This document shows, one piece after another, positions 1 to 9,967 of a stretch of 64,000 bases of DNA. Every line of letters begins with the position of its first letter. Position 1 is the first letter of the stretch. Location: NCBI GenBank assembly GCA_965248355.1, contig OZ252098.1:2976001-3040000 (forward strand), given 5' to 3'. A program made the translations under genes and the position numbers. The notes beneath the pieces are model-generated. The model saw only the letters and a list, made by a program, of their open reading frames with translations, searched no databases and had not been told where the DNA came from. Source of the DNA: Candidatus Latescibacterota bacterium. Its GTDB lineage: Bacteria; Latescibacterota; UBA2968; UBA8231.

Positions 1-155
1 TACCTCCTCGGGGGGCGCTAGTATACGGTCCCGCCGCCCGGGGGCAGAACCCGCTGCAAGCCCCCGCGGGGCCGCTGGCGGCCAGGGGCAGGCTCCCGCG
101 GCCGGGCGGTCCGGCGACTGGCGGCCGGCCCCGGCGCGCCCCACATTAGCCGCCC

Positions 156-1250
156 ATGTCCGACAAGCTGACCGTCGCCGTCATCGGGTGCGGCCGCCTG
201 GGCCAGCACTACGTGGAGGTCTACAACACCCTCCCCGACACCGAGGTCGTGGCCCTCGTCGAGCCCAACCCCGGCCGCCGCCAGGCCGTGGGCGAGCGCT
301 TCGGCGTCGACGGCCTCTTCGCCGACGTCGATGAGCTCTACCGCCGCATGACCCCGGATCTGGCCGCCGTGGTCCTGCCCGCCAAGTTCATCCAGGAAGT
401 CGTCACCGCCAGCGCCGAGGCCGGCGTGCGCGGCGTCTCCACGGACAAGCCGATCGGCGCCCGGCTGGCCGACGTGGACGCCATGATCGAGGCCTGCGAG
501 TCCCGGGGGGTGGTCTTCGCCGGCGGCAACCTGGTGCGCGCCATGAGCGAGGTGCAGGAGGCCGCCGCCTGGCTGCGGGCCGGCGACTTCGGCGAGCTGC
601 GGGGCGCCGCCGTCCACTCCTGGAGCACCGAGATCTCCGGCGGCGGCTGCCAGCAGATCGCCGTGATGCGCCTGTTCACCGGCGCCGAGGTGGCCGAGGT
701 CACCGCCTGGGGCTCCCCGCAGGAGGCCCTGGAGTCCGGCACGGACGAGGACCTCGCCATCAACGGCCGCTTCCGCCTCAGCAGCGGCCTCGAGTGCCCC
801 GTCTTCAGCTCCCGCGCCCCCTGCCGCGGCGTCGACGTCTGGACCGACGACGCCCTCGTGCGCTGGAACTGGGCGCCGCCGGAGATCTGGCAGGGCTTCG
901 ACTCTTCCGGCGCGCGCGTCCGCGTCGAGCGCCCGTACGCCCCCGTCGAGCACCCGCGGTTCTCCTACCTGGGCACCTCGATCCGCTCCTTCGTCGACGT
1001 GGTCCGCCACGGCGGCGAGCTGTTCATCTCCGGCCGCGACCTGCTCCAGTCCCTGGAGGTCGCCGTCGCCGCCCGGGAGTCCGCCCTGCGCAACGCCGCC
1101 CCGGTCTCCCTGCCCCTGCAGGACCGCTCCCTCACCCTCTACCCGCGCCGCTACCGCTGGCTCGGCGGCGACCACTCCGGCCGCGAGCAGAGCGTCGAGG
1201 AAGCGCGCACCATGTCTCTCTTCATCCTCTTCGGAATCCATTCCTCCTGA
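156..1250 (+). CDS. Gfo/Idh/MocA family oxidoreductase
   Basis: N-terminal Rossmann motif VAVIGCGRLG and a STDKP variant of the EKP motif; typical length. The last ~12 codons look atypical. Confidence 0.85.
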   Translation: MSDKLTVAVIGCGRLGQHYVEVYNTLPDTEVVALVEPNPGRRQAVGERFGVDGLFADVDELYRRMTPDLAAVVLPAKFIQEVVTASAEAGVRGVSTDKPIGARLADVDAMIEACESRGVVFAGGNLVRAMSEVQEAAAWLRAGDFGELRGAAVHSWSTEISGGGCQQIAVMRLFTGAEVAEVTAWGSPQEALESGTDEDLAINGRFRLSSGLECPVFSSRAPCRGVDVWTDDALVRWNWAPPEIWQGFDSSGARVRVERPYAPVEHPRFSYLGTSIRSFVDVVRHGGELFISGRDLLQSLEVAVAARESALRNAAPVSLPLQDRSLTLYPRRYRWLGGDHSGREQSVEEARTMSLFILFGIHSS

Positions 1251-1267
1251 CGGACACGACCGCTCTC

Positions 1268-1987
1268 ATGGATTCACGCCGGCATCTGGCTCTCGAAGGC
1301 ACCCTGAACGTCCGCGACCTCGGCGGCTACCCGACCGCCGACGGCCGCACCACGCAGTGGCGCCGCTTCCTGCGCGCCGACGGCCTCCACCAGCTCGCCG
1401 ACTCGGCCCGCGATGAGCTGCTGGGCCTGGGGCTGCGCACCGTCCTCGACCTGCGGCGGGGCAGCGAGCTGGCCGAGCGGCCCAGCGTCTTCGCGGCCTC
1501 GGAGGGGGTCGACTACCGCCACGTGGACTTCGTCGGCGAGGGGCCCACCGACCCCTCCCAACCGCTGCTCGAAGGCGCCGAGCGGACCGGCGACATCTAC
1601 TGCCAGTACCTCGAGGTACGCCGCGAGCAGGTGCTGGAGACCCTGCGCACCCTCGCCGAGCCCGGGGCCGTGCCCGCCCTCTTCAACTGCGCCGCCGGCA
1701 AGGACCGCACCGGCGTCACCGCCGCCCTGCTCCTCGGCCTGGCCGGGGTGCCCGACGACGTGATCGCCGAGGACTACGGCCTCAGCGGCTGGTTCCTCTT
1801 CCACCGCCTGGAGGAGGGCGACACCCGGACCCGTCAGGAGTACCAGGAGCAGGCCTCCCCCACGAAGGCCATGGAGATCGTCCTCGACCACCTGAACGGC
1901 CGGTACGGCGGCTTCGAGCCCTTCGTGCGCGCCATCGGCCTGTCCGCCGAGGAGGTGACACGGCTGCGCGCCGGCCTGCTGGAGTGA
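1268..1987 (+). CDS. Tyrosine-protein phosphatase family protein (Y_phosphatase3/PtpB-like)
   Basis: NVRDLGGY, DLRRGSE and P-loop FNCAAGKDRTG. ATG at 1268 lies inside track ORF 794..1987. Confidence 0.9.
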   Translation: MDSRRHLALEGTLNVRDLGGYPTADGRTTQWRRFLRADGLHQLADSARDELLGLGLRTVLDLRRGSELAERPSVFAASEGVDYRHVDFVGEGPTDPSQPLLEGAERTGDIYCQYLEVRREQVLETLRTLAEPGAVPALFNCAAGKDRTGVTAALLLGLAGVPDDVIAEDYGLSGWFLFHRLEEGDTRTRQEYQEQASPTKAMEIVLDHLNGRYGGFEPFVRAIGLSAEEVTRLRAGLLE

Positions 1988-3321
1988 GGCCATTGAGCGG
2001 CGACCGCCTCTTCCACCGCGTCCGCAAGGACCGCTGGCTGCGCGTCGACCGCGGCGAGGGCTGCTGGCTCTACGGCGACGACGGCCGCGCTTGGCTCGAC
2101 GCCTGCGCGGGCGTCCACGTGGTCAGCATCGGTCACGGCGTGCCCGAGATCGCCGACGCCATGCAGGCCCAGGCCCGCAAGGTCGCCTTCACCTACTCGC
2201 GCTTCCTCACCGAACCACAGGTCGACCTGGCCGACCGCATCGCCGCCCTGACCCCGGGGGACCTGAACCGCGTGTTCTTCGTCTCCGGCGGCTCCGAGGC
2301 CACCGAGTCGGCCATGAAGATCGCCCGCAAGTACCACCTGGAGACGGGCAATCCCGGCAAGCACAAGATCGTCTCCCGGTGGCAGAGCTGGCACGGCAAC
2401 ACCGTGGGCGCCCTCTCCATGTCCGGGCGCTCGCCGTGGCGCCGCGACTACGCGCCCTACCTGCTCGACTTCCCCCACATCCGCCCCTGCTACCCGTACC
2501 GCTGCCCCTGTTGCCGCGACGAGTGCGCCATGACCTGCGCCGAGGACCTGGAACGCGTCATCCTGCAGGAGGGCCCCGAGACGATCGCCGCCTTCATCGC
2601 CGAGCCGGTCCTCGGCACCTCCTGCGCCGGCCTGACGCCCCCGCCCGGCTACTTCCGCACCATCCGCGAGATCTGCGACCGCCACGACGTGCTCATGATC
2701 GTCGACGAGGTGGTCACCGGCTTCGGACGCACGGGCGTCGACTTCGGGATCGACCACTTCGACGTGGTCCCCGACATCCTGGCCACCGGCAAGGGCCTGA
2801 GCAGCGGCTACACCCCGATCGCCGCCACCGTCGTGAGCGACCGGATCTACGACGCCATCTACGAGAGACAGAGCCACTACGTGCACGGCCACACCTACGG
2901 CGGCAACCCTCTCTCCTGCGCCGTGGCCCTGGCCGTGCAGGACTACGTCGCCGCCCACGACCTCGTGGACCGCTGCCGCCGCATGGGCGACCTCATGCTG
3001 GAGCGCCTCGAGCCCCTGCTGGACAACCCCATCGTCGGGGCGGTGCGCGGCAAGGGACTGCTCACGGGGGTGGAGTTCGTCGCCGACAAGCAGACCCGGG
3101 AGCCCTTCCCCGTGGAGCGGGGCGTGACCGCCGCCGTGGTCGACCGCGTCTTCGAGCGGGGCGTGCTGATCATGCCCGGGGCGCCGGGGCTGGTGGACGG
3201 CGTCCGGGGCGACCACATCGCCATCAGCCCGCCCTTCACCGTCGACGAGGACGAGGTGGAGACCACGGTGCGCGCCGTGACCGAGGCGGTGGAGGAGACG
3301 GCGCGGGAGCTGGGCCGCTGA
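1984..3321 (+). CDS. Class-III PLP aminotransferase
   Basis: SGGSEA, SWHG, AAFIAEPV, DEVVTGFGRTG, PDILATGKGLSSG and GHTYGGNP motifs; GTGA overlap with the upstream gene. Confidence 0.92.
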   Translation: MRPLSGDRLFHRVRKDRWLRVDRGEGCWLYGDDGRAWLDACAGVHVVSIGHGVPEIADAMQAQARKVAFTYSRFLTEPQVDLADRIAALTPGDLNRVFFVSGGSEATESAMKIARKYHLETGNPGKHKIVSRWQSWHGNTVGALSMSGRSPWRRDYAPYLLDFPHIRPCYPYRCPCCRDECAMTCAEDLERVILQEGPETIAAFIAEPVLGTSCAGLTPPPGYFRTIREICDRHDVLMIVDEVVTGFGRTGVDFGIDHFDVVPDILATGKGLSSGYTPIAATVVSDRIYDAIYERQSHYVHGHTYGGNPLSCAVALAVQDYVAAHDLVDRCRRMGDLMLERLEPLLDNPIVGAVRGKGLLTGVEFVADKQTREPFPVERGVTAAVVDRVFERGVLIMPGAPGLVDGVRGDHIAISPPFTVDEDEVETTVRAVTEAVEETARELGR

Positions 3322-3331
3322 GGCGCGGGTA

Positions 3332-3374
3332 TTGACTCGGGAAGTACGAATACTTACTTCTCAAGCACGTATTC
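3332..3374 (+). promoter_or_regulatory. Putative promoter/operator of the AbrB-VapC module
   Basis: TTGACT (3332-37)-N17-TACTTC. Inverted repeats GAAGTA/TACTTC (3341-46/3355-60) and GAATAC/GTATTC (3348-53/3369-74). SD AGGAGG follows. Confidence 0.55.
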
Positions 3375-3390
3375 AACAGGAGGGGATGAC

Positions 3391-3612
3391 ATGAAGGCGA
3401 CACTCTCTCAGAGAGGGCAGGTGACGATCCCCAAGACCTGCCGGGACAAGCTCGGGCTCAAGACGGGCGCGGTTCTGGATTTCGAGGCCAGGGACGGAGT
3501 CCTCGTGGCGCGCAAGGTCCAGCCCGAGGACGTGTTCCGCAAGTGGAGAGGGCGCGGCCGGCTTCCGCTCGGGCTCGGAGTCGACGAGTACCTCGACGAA
3601 GTACGGGGATGA
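3391..3612 (+). CDS. AbrB/MazE/SpoVT family antitoxin (VapB-like)
   Basis: SQRGQVTIPK..RDKLGLKTG swapped-hairpin signature; 73 aa; ATGA overlap with a PIN gene. Confidence 0.9.
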   Translation: MKATLSQRGQVTIPKTCRDKLGLKTGAVLDFEARDGVLVARKVQPEDVFRKWRGRGRLPLGLGVDEYLDEVRG

Positions 3613-4022
3613 TCTCGGCCGTCGATTCATCCATCCTTCTGGACGTCGTCACCGACGATCCCCGTTACGCCGATGAATCCGAAGAGGTCCTTCGCCGTGT
3701 GTCGCGCGAAGGGCAGGTCATCGCTTGTGAATGCGTCCTCGCCGAGATCTATCCGGCCTTCGAGGGTCCGGACTCCTTCGAGGAGTTCCTCGCAGACTGG
3801 CAGGTAGAGTTCGTCCCATCCTCGCGACCGAGCGCGATCCTGGCCGGCCGCCACTTCGCCGCATATCTGGAACGGGGAGGTTCACGCCGTCGAATCCTGG
3901 CTGACTTCCTGATCGGCGCCCACGCGCAGACGCAGGCCGACCGGCTCGTGGCCCGCGACCGGGGATTCCTGCGGGACTACTTCTCCGGCCTGCAGTTGCT
4001 CGATCCCTCCACAGGGGCCTGA
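3609..4022 (+). CDS. vapC: PIN-domain VapC toxin
   Basis: AVDSSILLD, LAEI, LADFLIGAHA and LVARD PIN acidic motifs; ATG at 3609 overlaps the antitoxin stop. Confidence 0.9.
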   Translation: MISAVDSSILLDVVTDDPRYADESEEVLRRVSREGQVIACECVLAEIYPAFEGPDSFEEFLADWQVEFVPSSRPSAILAGRHFAAYLERGGSRRRILADFLIGAHAQTQADRLVARDRGFLRDYFSGLQLLDPSTGA

Positions 4023-4065
4023 CCCCGTCGCCCGCGCCCAGGGCGGCCGGAGTGAGGTGGAGGGC

Positions 4066-5166
4066 ATGAAGCGCAAGATCCTGCTCGTGGTCAGCACGCG
4101 CCCCAACTTCGTGAAGGTGGCGCCCATCCTCGCCCAGCTCCGCCGGCGCGCGGAACGTTTCGCCACCTGCCTGGTCCACACCGGCCAGCACTACGACCCC
4201 CTGCTCTCCGACGTGTTCTTCGACGACCTCGATCTGCCGCCGCCCGACCATCACCTGGGGGCCGGCTCGGGGACCCACGGCGTGCAGACGGGCCGCATCA
4301 TGGCCGCCTTCGACCCGGTTCTGATGGAGGAGAAGCCCGATCTCGTGGTCGTCGTGGGGGACGTGACCGGCACCATGGCCTGCGCCCTCGGCGCGGTGAA
4401 GCTCCACGTCCCGGTGGCCCACGTGGAGGCCGGCCTGCGCAGCCGCGACCGCCGCATGCCGGAGGAGATCAACCGCATCGTCACCGACGCCGTCTCCGAC
4501 TACCTGTTCACCCCCTCCCGCGACGCCGACGCCAACCTGCGCGCCGAGGGCATCCCCCAGGAGCGGATCCACTTCGTCGGCAACGTCATGGTCGACTCCC
4601 TGCAGCGGGCGCTGAACTCCCTGCACCGGTCGACGGCGCTGGAGGACCTCGGCCTGGAGCCGCGGGGCTACGCCCTGCTCACCCTGCACCGGGACTTCAA
4701 CGTCGATTCGGAGCCGCGCCTGCGGCAGGCCCTGGACGCGGTGGAACGCGTGCAGCGGCGCCTGCCGGTGGTCTTCCCCGTGCATCCGCGCACCCGGGAC
4801 CGCATCGAGAGCTTCGGCCTGGAGCAGCGGCTGGCGGAGAGCCCGAACCTGCGCCTCGTCGAGCCGGTGGGCTACCTCGACGCCCTGCGCCTGCAGAAGG
4901 AGGCGCGCCTCGTGCTCTCGGACTCGGCCGGCCTGCAGGAGGAGTCGACGGTCCTCGGGGTCCCCTGCCTGACCCTGCGCCCGAACACCGAGCGTCCGGT
5001 CACAGTGCAGGTGGGAACGGCCACCGTGGTCGACCTGGACGCCGACCTGATCGAGCGCGAAACCGATCGGGTTCTGGACGGGAGCTACAAGAAGGGCGCC
5101 GTCCCCGAGCTGTGGGACGGCGCATCGGCCCGGCGCATCGTCGATCTGCTCGCCGAGCGGCTGTAG
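4066..5166 (+). CDS. wecB: UDP-N-acetylglucosamine 2-epimerase (non-hydrolysing)
   Basis: TRPNFVK, HTGQHYD, HVEAGLRS, MPEEINR, DSAGLQEE and TERP motifs. Confidence 0.95.
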   Translation: MKRKILLVVSTRPNFVKVAPILAQLRRRAERFATCLVHTGQHYDPLLSDVFFDDLDLPPPDHHLGAGSGTHGVQTGRIMAAFDPVLMEEKPDLVVVVGDVTGTMACALGAVKLHVPVAHVEAGLRSRDRRMPEEINRIVTDAVSDYLFTPSRDADANLRAEGIPQERIHFVGNVMVDSLQRALNSLHRSTALEDLGLEPRGYALLTLHRDFNVDSEPRLRQALDAVERVQRRLPVVFPVHPRTRDRIESFGLEQRLAESPNLRLVEPVGYLDALRLQKEARLVLSDSAGLQEESTVLGVPCLTLRPNTERPVTVQVGTATVVDLDADLIERETDRVLDGSYKKGAVPELWDGASARRIVDLLAERL

Positions 5167-6814
5167 CGGAGCGGCGCCCCAGTCGGGGTGGAGGCAACCC
5201 CCGCACCCCGCTATTGTGGGACCGAGACATCGACTACGCATACTGAAATCAAGCGCTGTTCCCGACCGTCAAGCGATTCCTGGATCTTCAACTTGACATC
5301 CTCCGCCGTCTCCGGAGTCCACCCCGAGCACTTCGTCGTGCATTTCTCCGTGTCACCGAACCAGAACACGAGGTAAATCCCGTAACCTGCGGCCCCGGGA
5401 TCCCGCGTGTACTTGGCGATCAACTGTTCGTGGACCGCCGTCCAGAGATCATCGTGGCAGCTTCGCTTGATCTCCACCGGAACGTTGAATCCGCCGAAGC
5501 TGACGCGGATGTCCGACCTCTTGTCGTCGGCGTAGGGGCCCTCCCGCTGGGCGTCGATTCCTAGGCGTTCAAGCCGCTCCTGCAGATGTAAGAGAATCGT
5601 GTCCCGGCAGGCGTTCTCGGGCCTCGGGTGCATTGCGCGGTTGTAGCCATCAAGGTTCCAGTACTGGCGCCAGGGCGACGTGCTTCCGTCTCGAGTCCTG
5701 CCGGATAAGTCCGCCAGTTCATGGTTCACGAGTGCCGCGAGATCTCCCGCGTTCGCTGGCGTACCTTTGTCGAGGGTTTGGACCACCTCCCCGATGTCGC
5801 CATGCCGGTACTCGTGCTCGCGGCGTTTCCTCGCCTGTCGCTCCTTTGCGTCAGTGAGAGCGGGCCCCCAAGCTACAGCATCACACACTCTCGAGAGCTC
5901 CTCGATCGCCTCCGTTGCGGCGCCACTCGGGTCGCCGCCGAGGGTGGCGATCAAGTCCGTCGTGGACCAATACGCCCTCTCCGTCAAACCATCACGCCGG
6001 AGAGCTTCTCCCAGCGCGCTGACGAGCGGTACGAAGTCGCCCGGGCCGAAGCCCTGCGTGAATTCCCTCGGGAATCTTCCTGCCGCCACGAACATCGCCA
6101 GCGACTTCAATCCCTCCTCGTCGTCCGCCAGACTCCGAAGGTCCTCCCGGTATCGTTCCGGCGCCACGAGATATCCCGCGGCCAGCCAGCAGCCACGTTC
6201 CCCCGCTCCCTGTCCGCCTCGCCCGATGCGATCCTTGATCACGCGGTGCACTGCCGTCCAGTCGCAACACTTCAACGCCGCGTTGAGCGACCAGCAAAGC
6301 GCCTGGAGTGCCTCGTCAGTCTCCGCCTTCGGGAAGTGCTCAAGCACGGACTGGGAGATCAACTCGGCAACGTCCTGATGGTCCTCCGCATTGGCCAGCT
6401 CGTGTAGTTCTATCGCCAACTGCACGCCGGTCTTGAGCTTCCGCGCCGCGCTGCGGCGCAGTACGTCCGCGACCAGCGCCGGATCTTGGCACAGTAGAGT
6501 CCGAAACCAATCCGGTCGGTACACGCTGCTTCCGTCGTTGCTATCCGGGTCGAGCATCCGCCGCGGAAGCAAGTAGAGAATCGTGACCGCCAAGCGGGTC
6601 TGGCTCTCGTTCAGGTCGCCAACCGAGAGCCGGCCCGACTGTTCCAAGCTGTGCAGTCCGGCGACGAAGGGCAGCACGAGACTATTGACCCGGTTCCGGT
6701 CGAACAGCCGCACTACATCGTCGCAGCCCGGCAGATCCTCTCGCGTGATGGTCCCTTCCATCCCCGCCAGGAGGAGGTCGATCAAGTCAACTCGGCTGCC
6801 AATCAGATCGCCTA

Positions 6815-7936
6815 GTGCTCACTTGCGTGAGTTCTTGTCAGAATGTATCTTGGGGGGCATGGCCCGACCTGCGACCCCCATTACGTTGACGGAAGAAGAT
6901 CGCGCCACGCTGTCGCAATGGGCGCGGTCGGGAACCACGGAACAGCGGCTCGCCTGGCGGGCGCGCATCATTTTGGGCGCGGCGGACGGCCAGGCGTCGG
7001 CGACGATCGCCGAGCGGCTGGGGCTGCGCCACGGCACGGTGAGCAAGTGGCGGACGCGCTTTGCCGCGCACGGCCTGGACGGGTTGCAGGACGCGCCGCG
7101 GCCGGGCCCGCCCCGGCGGTATGACGAGGAGACGGAGCAGCGCATCCTCGACGTGGTGTCGCAACCGCCGCCGGCCGGCCACGCCACCTGGACCGGGACC
7201 CTGGTGGCCGAGGCTCTGGGCGACGTGTCGGACCATCACGTGTGGCGGGTGCTGCGGCAGCAGGGCATCCATCTGCAGCGGCGGCGGTCCCATGAGGTGA
7301 GCACGGACCCGGAATTCACGGCCAAGGCCGCCGATGTCGTGGGGTTGTACCTCGATCCCCCCGAGAACGCCGTGGTGCTGTGCGTCGACGAAAAGCCCTC
7401 CATCCAGGCCTTGGAACGAGCCCAGGGGTATCTGCGCCGGCCCAACGGCCAGGCGATGAGCGGCGCCAGCCATCGCTACCAACGCCACGGCACCACCACC
7501 TTGTTCGCCGCCCTCGAGGTCGCCACGGGGCGCATCCAGGCCGGGCCCGCGAAACGACGCCGGCGCCGGGAGTTCCTCGACTTCATGAACGACCTGGTCC
7601 GAGAGTATTCGCCCGACCAGGCCCTTCACGTGATTCTGGACAACCTCAACACCCACAAGCCCAAGCGCGACCGCTGGCGGGCCCGTCATCCCAACGTGCA
7701 CTTCCACTACACGCCCACCAACGCCTGCTGGCTGAACCAGATCGAGACCTGGTTCAGCATCCTCAGCCGCCGCGCCTTGCGCGGAGCCAGCTTCACCTCG
7801 CCCCGGCAACTGCGTCAGGCCATCGACGCCTTCATCGCCGCCTACAACTCGACGGCTCAGCCCTTCGAGTGGAAAAAGCGACAGGTCTTCTCTACCCAGT
7901 TGCATGATAACTACGCTGAATTGTGCAGGTAAGCAC
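6815..7936 (+). mobile_element. IS630-family insertion sequence (about 1122 bp) with TA target duplication
   Basis: Imperfect terminal IRs GTGCTCACTTGC / GCAGGTAAGCAC (10/12). TA at 6813-14 and 7937-38, both in a CTAG context. The flanks rejoin into one ORF. Confidence 0.93.
6859..7932 (+). CDS. IS630 family DDE transposase
   Basis: N-terminal HTH (WRTRFAAHGLDGLQDAPRPGPP); DDE motifs CVDEK, ILDNLNTH and WLNQIETWF; the stop codon lies in the right IR. Confidence 0.95.
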   Translation: MARPATPITLTEEDRATLSQWARSGTTEQRLAWRARIILGAADGQASATIAERLGLRHGTVSKWRTRFAAHGLDGLQDAPRPGPPRRYDEETEQRILDVVSQPPPAGHATWTGTLVAEALGDVSDHHVWRVLRQQGIHLQRRRSHEVSTDPEFTAKAADVVGLYLDPPENAVVLCVDEKPSIQALERAQGYLRRPNGQAMSGASHRYQRHGTTTLFAALEVATGRIQAGPAKRRRRREFLDFMNDLVREYSPDQALHVILDNLNTHKPKRDRWRARHPNVHFHYTPTNACWLNQIETWFSILSRRALRGASFTSPRQLRQAIDAFIAAYNSTAQPFEWKKRQVFSTQLHDNYAELCR

Positions 7937-9673
7937 TAGTCGTTGCCGGGGCGACGCCCCCGCAAAGTCCTCTTGGAGTCCCAGGTACGCCTCGGCTGCC
8001 CGATGGAGCAGTTGCGGCGCACCGCGCCCCCTTCGCAACGCTGGCGCCTCCGCCGCAATCTGCGCCTGCCAAGTCTGTTGTTCCGTCGTGTCCTCCGCCG
8101 ACTCCAGGTCCGTTGCCGACTCCGATGCTGTCCGGGCCTCGGTCCGGGTCTCTACGCCTGATCGACGTTCTACCATCTCATCGAACTCGTTCACCAAAGC
8201 CCCATTCGCCGCTAAATCCGCACGAACCCCTTCCTTCAGCGCGTCCGAATTCCACTCCAGATCAAACTTGATCAGGACGGTTTCCCTCTCCGGCAAACAC
8301 AGGTCTGGGTCCGAGACCACACCCAGCCATTTGTACAGACGGTCAGCGGCGACCCTCCCGCCGGGGTTCCTCGGGCGAATCTCCCGCAAAACCCGGTTCA
8401 ACGGCTCCACCGGTAGCTGGCCCAACCGCGTATATCGGCCGACATCACCCACCATGAACGGTCTGTATTCCGCGAACCGCTCCGCGATGCCGTCCAGCAG
8501 CTCAGCCAGCTGTTCCGGCGTCGACTCCCTGGGAATGTGCTCCGTCCAGAAGTCGGCGTACTCACCGGTCGTCGTCACGAGCTTCGGTTCCCTCAAGTAC
8601 CGCTGAACTTCCTCGATGGACAGTACGTTTGGGTAGAGCGCCTTCAGCAGAATCCCCAGGAGCTCGTCCTGCGGATCGTCGAGCGAGCCGTCCTTGATCT
8701 CGCCAACCATTCTCGTGAGCGTCTCGGCTTCAAGGCGACCACGAGCGTGGTAGCTGGTCAGCACGTCGAGAGCAGTACACCGGACGCCCTGATTCCAGGT
8801 CCGATCGCGTACTATCTGTTCCAGCACGTCCGAAAGCGCCGGAAGCGGCTCGCCGTCCGCCAGCATCTGCATCAGGAGCATCACGTAGGACTGGTGTTCG
8901 TGGCCACGCTCTCCGTCCGTCAGGATTTCCCGAAACGTCCCTTCGAGTTCCGGCGACACGATCCCGCCGATGCCCGACACCTTGGACACCCCACGGGTAC
9001 ACCACGGGTTCCAGTTAGACTCCTGGCGGAGATCCCGCACGATGTCTCGCTTCTCGTCGGCCGAATAGGTCTGTCGGTCGCCGTCGTATATCAGCCCGCT
9101 GGGATTCAGCTGGCTGAGCGTTTTCCTGGACTGCTTGTTGTGGACCGCCAGCCAGGACGCCAAGTTGCGAAACGATGGCACCAGTTCGCCGTCGAAACCG
9201 GTGATCAAGGCGAGAATCCTCCCCAAGGGGAGCCCCTGGGCGAGGATAACCGAGAGATACTGGGCAGCCAGAAACTCAGCGATCTGCCGGTGCGTCGGCG
9301 CCAGCTTACCCTCAGACACGCCTTCGAAAAGGCGGGTCCCCAGGACGGTCCTCGCGGTGCCATTCCCCTCCCCACCGTAGACTTCCGTGAAGGAGGGATA
9401 GTCGTCGTCGGGTTCCGCCCTGTCGGGTAGCGTGTACCCCGCCACGCCGGAGAGAAGCCGGGGTACGGACATGGGCTTCGGCTACGTCGGGCGCGAGAAG
9501 ACCCGGTCGACCCCCCCCGGGGGAGGCCCTGGCTTCCGTGACCTCGACGGGCTCGCCGTCAATGGTCAGGCTGATTCGCTGCAGGAGGCTGCTTGCGACC
9601 TCGGCGATCGCCGCCTTCTGGCTGGCGGCTCGGGAGGTCCACACCTCACGAGCCTTGTCCTTTCGAGGATAGC

Positions 9674-9701
9674 TGTTATCATTGAATCACAAGTGATAAC
9701 A
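9674..9701 (+). promoter_or_regulatory. Palindromic operator for the RHH-VapC module
   Basis: TGTTATCA-N12-TGATAACA, a perfect inverted repeat immediately upstream of the antitoxin, with the same 8-12-8 geometry as the FitA operator. Confidence 0.7.
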
Positions 9702-9715
9702 TGGAGATACCCAAG

Positions 9716-9967
9716 GTGGTCCGTACACAGATTCAGTTGACCGAAGACCAGGCGCGGCACGTCAAGCGGATCGCCGCCGAGCGGCGGGTTTCGATGGCGA
9801 CGGTGATCCGCCAGGGGGTGGATCTGCTGCTGCGCTCGGCGGAGACGGCCGTCAGCGATGACGAGCGCGCAGACCGGGCGATCTCGGCGGCCGGCCGGTT
9901 CCGTTCCGGCGGCGGCGACGGGGCCGTGGGGCATGACCGCTACCTGCGGGATGCCTACCGCGGGTGA
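9716..9967 (+). CDS. CopG/ribbon-helix-helix antitoxin
   Basis: MVRTQIQLTEDQ...AAERRVSMATVIRQGVD RHH pattern; C-terminal HDRYL typical of VapB; GTG start after GGAG. Confidence 0.88.
   Translation: MVRTQIQLTEDQARHVKRIAAERRVSMATVIRQGVDLLLRSAETAVSDDERADRAISAAGRFRSGGGDGAVGHDRYLRDAYRG

Larger units (their letters stand above)
5211..9472 (-). pseudogene. Large NACHT/STAND-associated protein with C-terminal PD-(D/E)XK-like nuclease; split by IS630 and 5'-truncated
   Basis: Removing the IS and one TA joins track ORFs 7892..9472 and 5211..6785 in frame (...SPRQRL-GDLIGSRVDLIDLLLAG...), giving 1045 aa. It contains a NACHT winged-helix-type motif (THRQIAEFLAAQYL) and C-terminal KRSDIRV...PVEIKR...EQLIAKY, but no Walker A/B. 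Confidence 0.75.

Noticed and set aside
18..1241. Long antisense and alternate-frame ORFs (this one, and e.g. 17856..19928, 33059..35884, 46161..47948, 51884..54076)
   Set aside because: Shadow ORFs of high-GC coding sequence; Arg/Gly/Pro-rich or mirror translations overlapping well-supported genes.
1211..1250. Lower-GC 3' tail of the first oxidoreductase with an antisense AGGAGGA-ATG
   Set aside because: The SD abuts the ATG with no spacing and leads into a shadow ORF; too short to support an insertion scar.
9312..9644. 110-aa minus-strand ORF upstream of the NACHT relic as its missing N-terminus
   Set aside because: Different frame, no Walker motifs and no recognisable family; probably scrambled remnant DNA.
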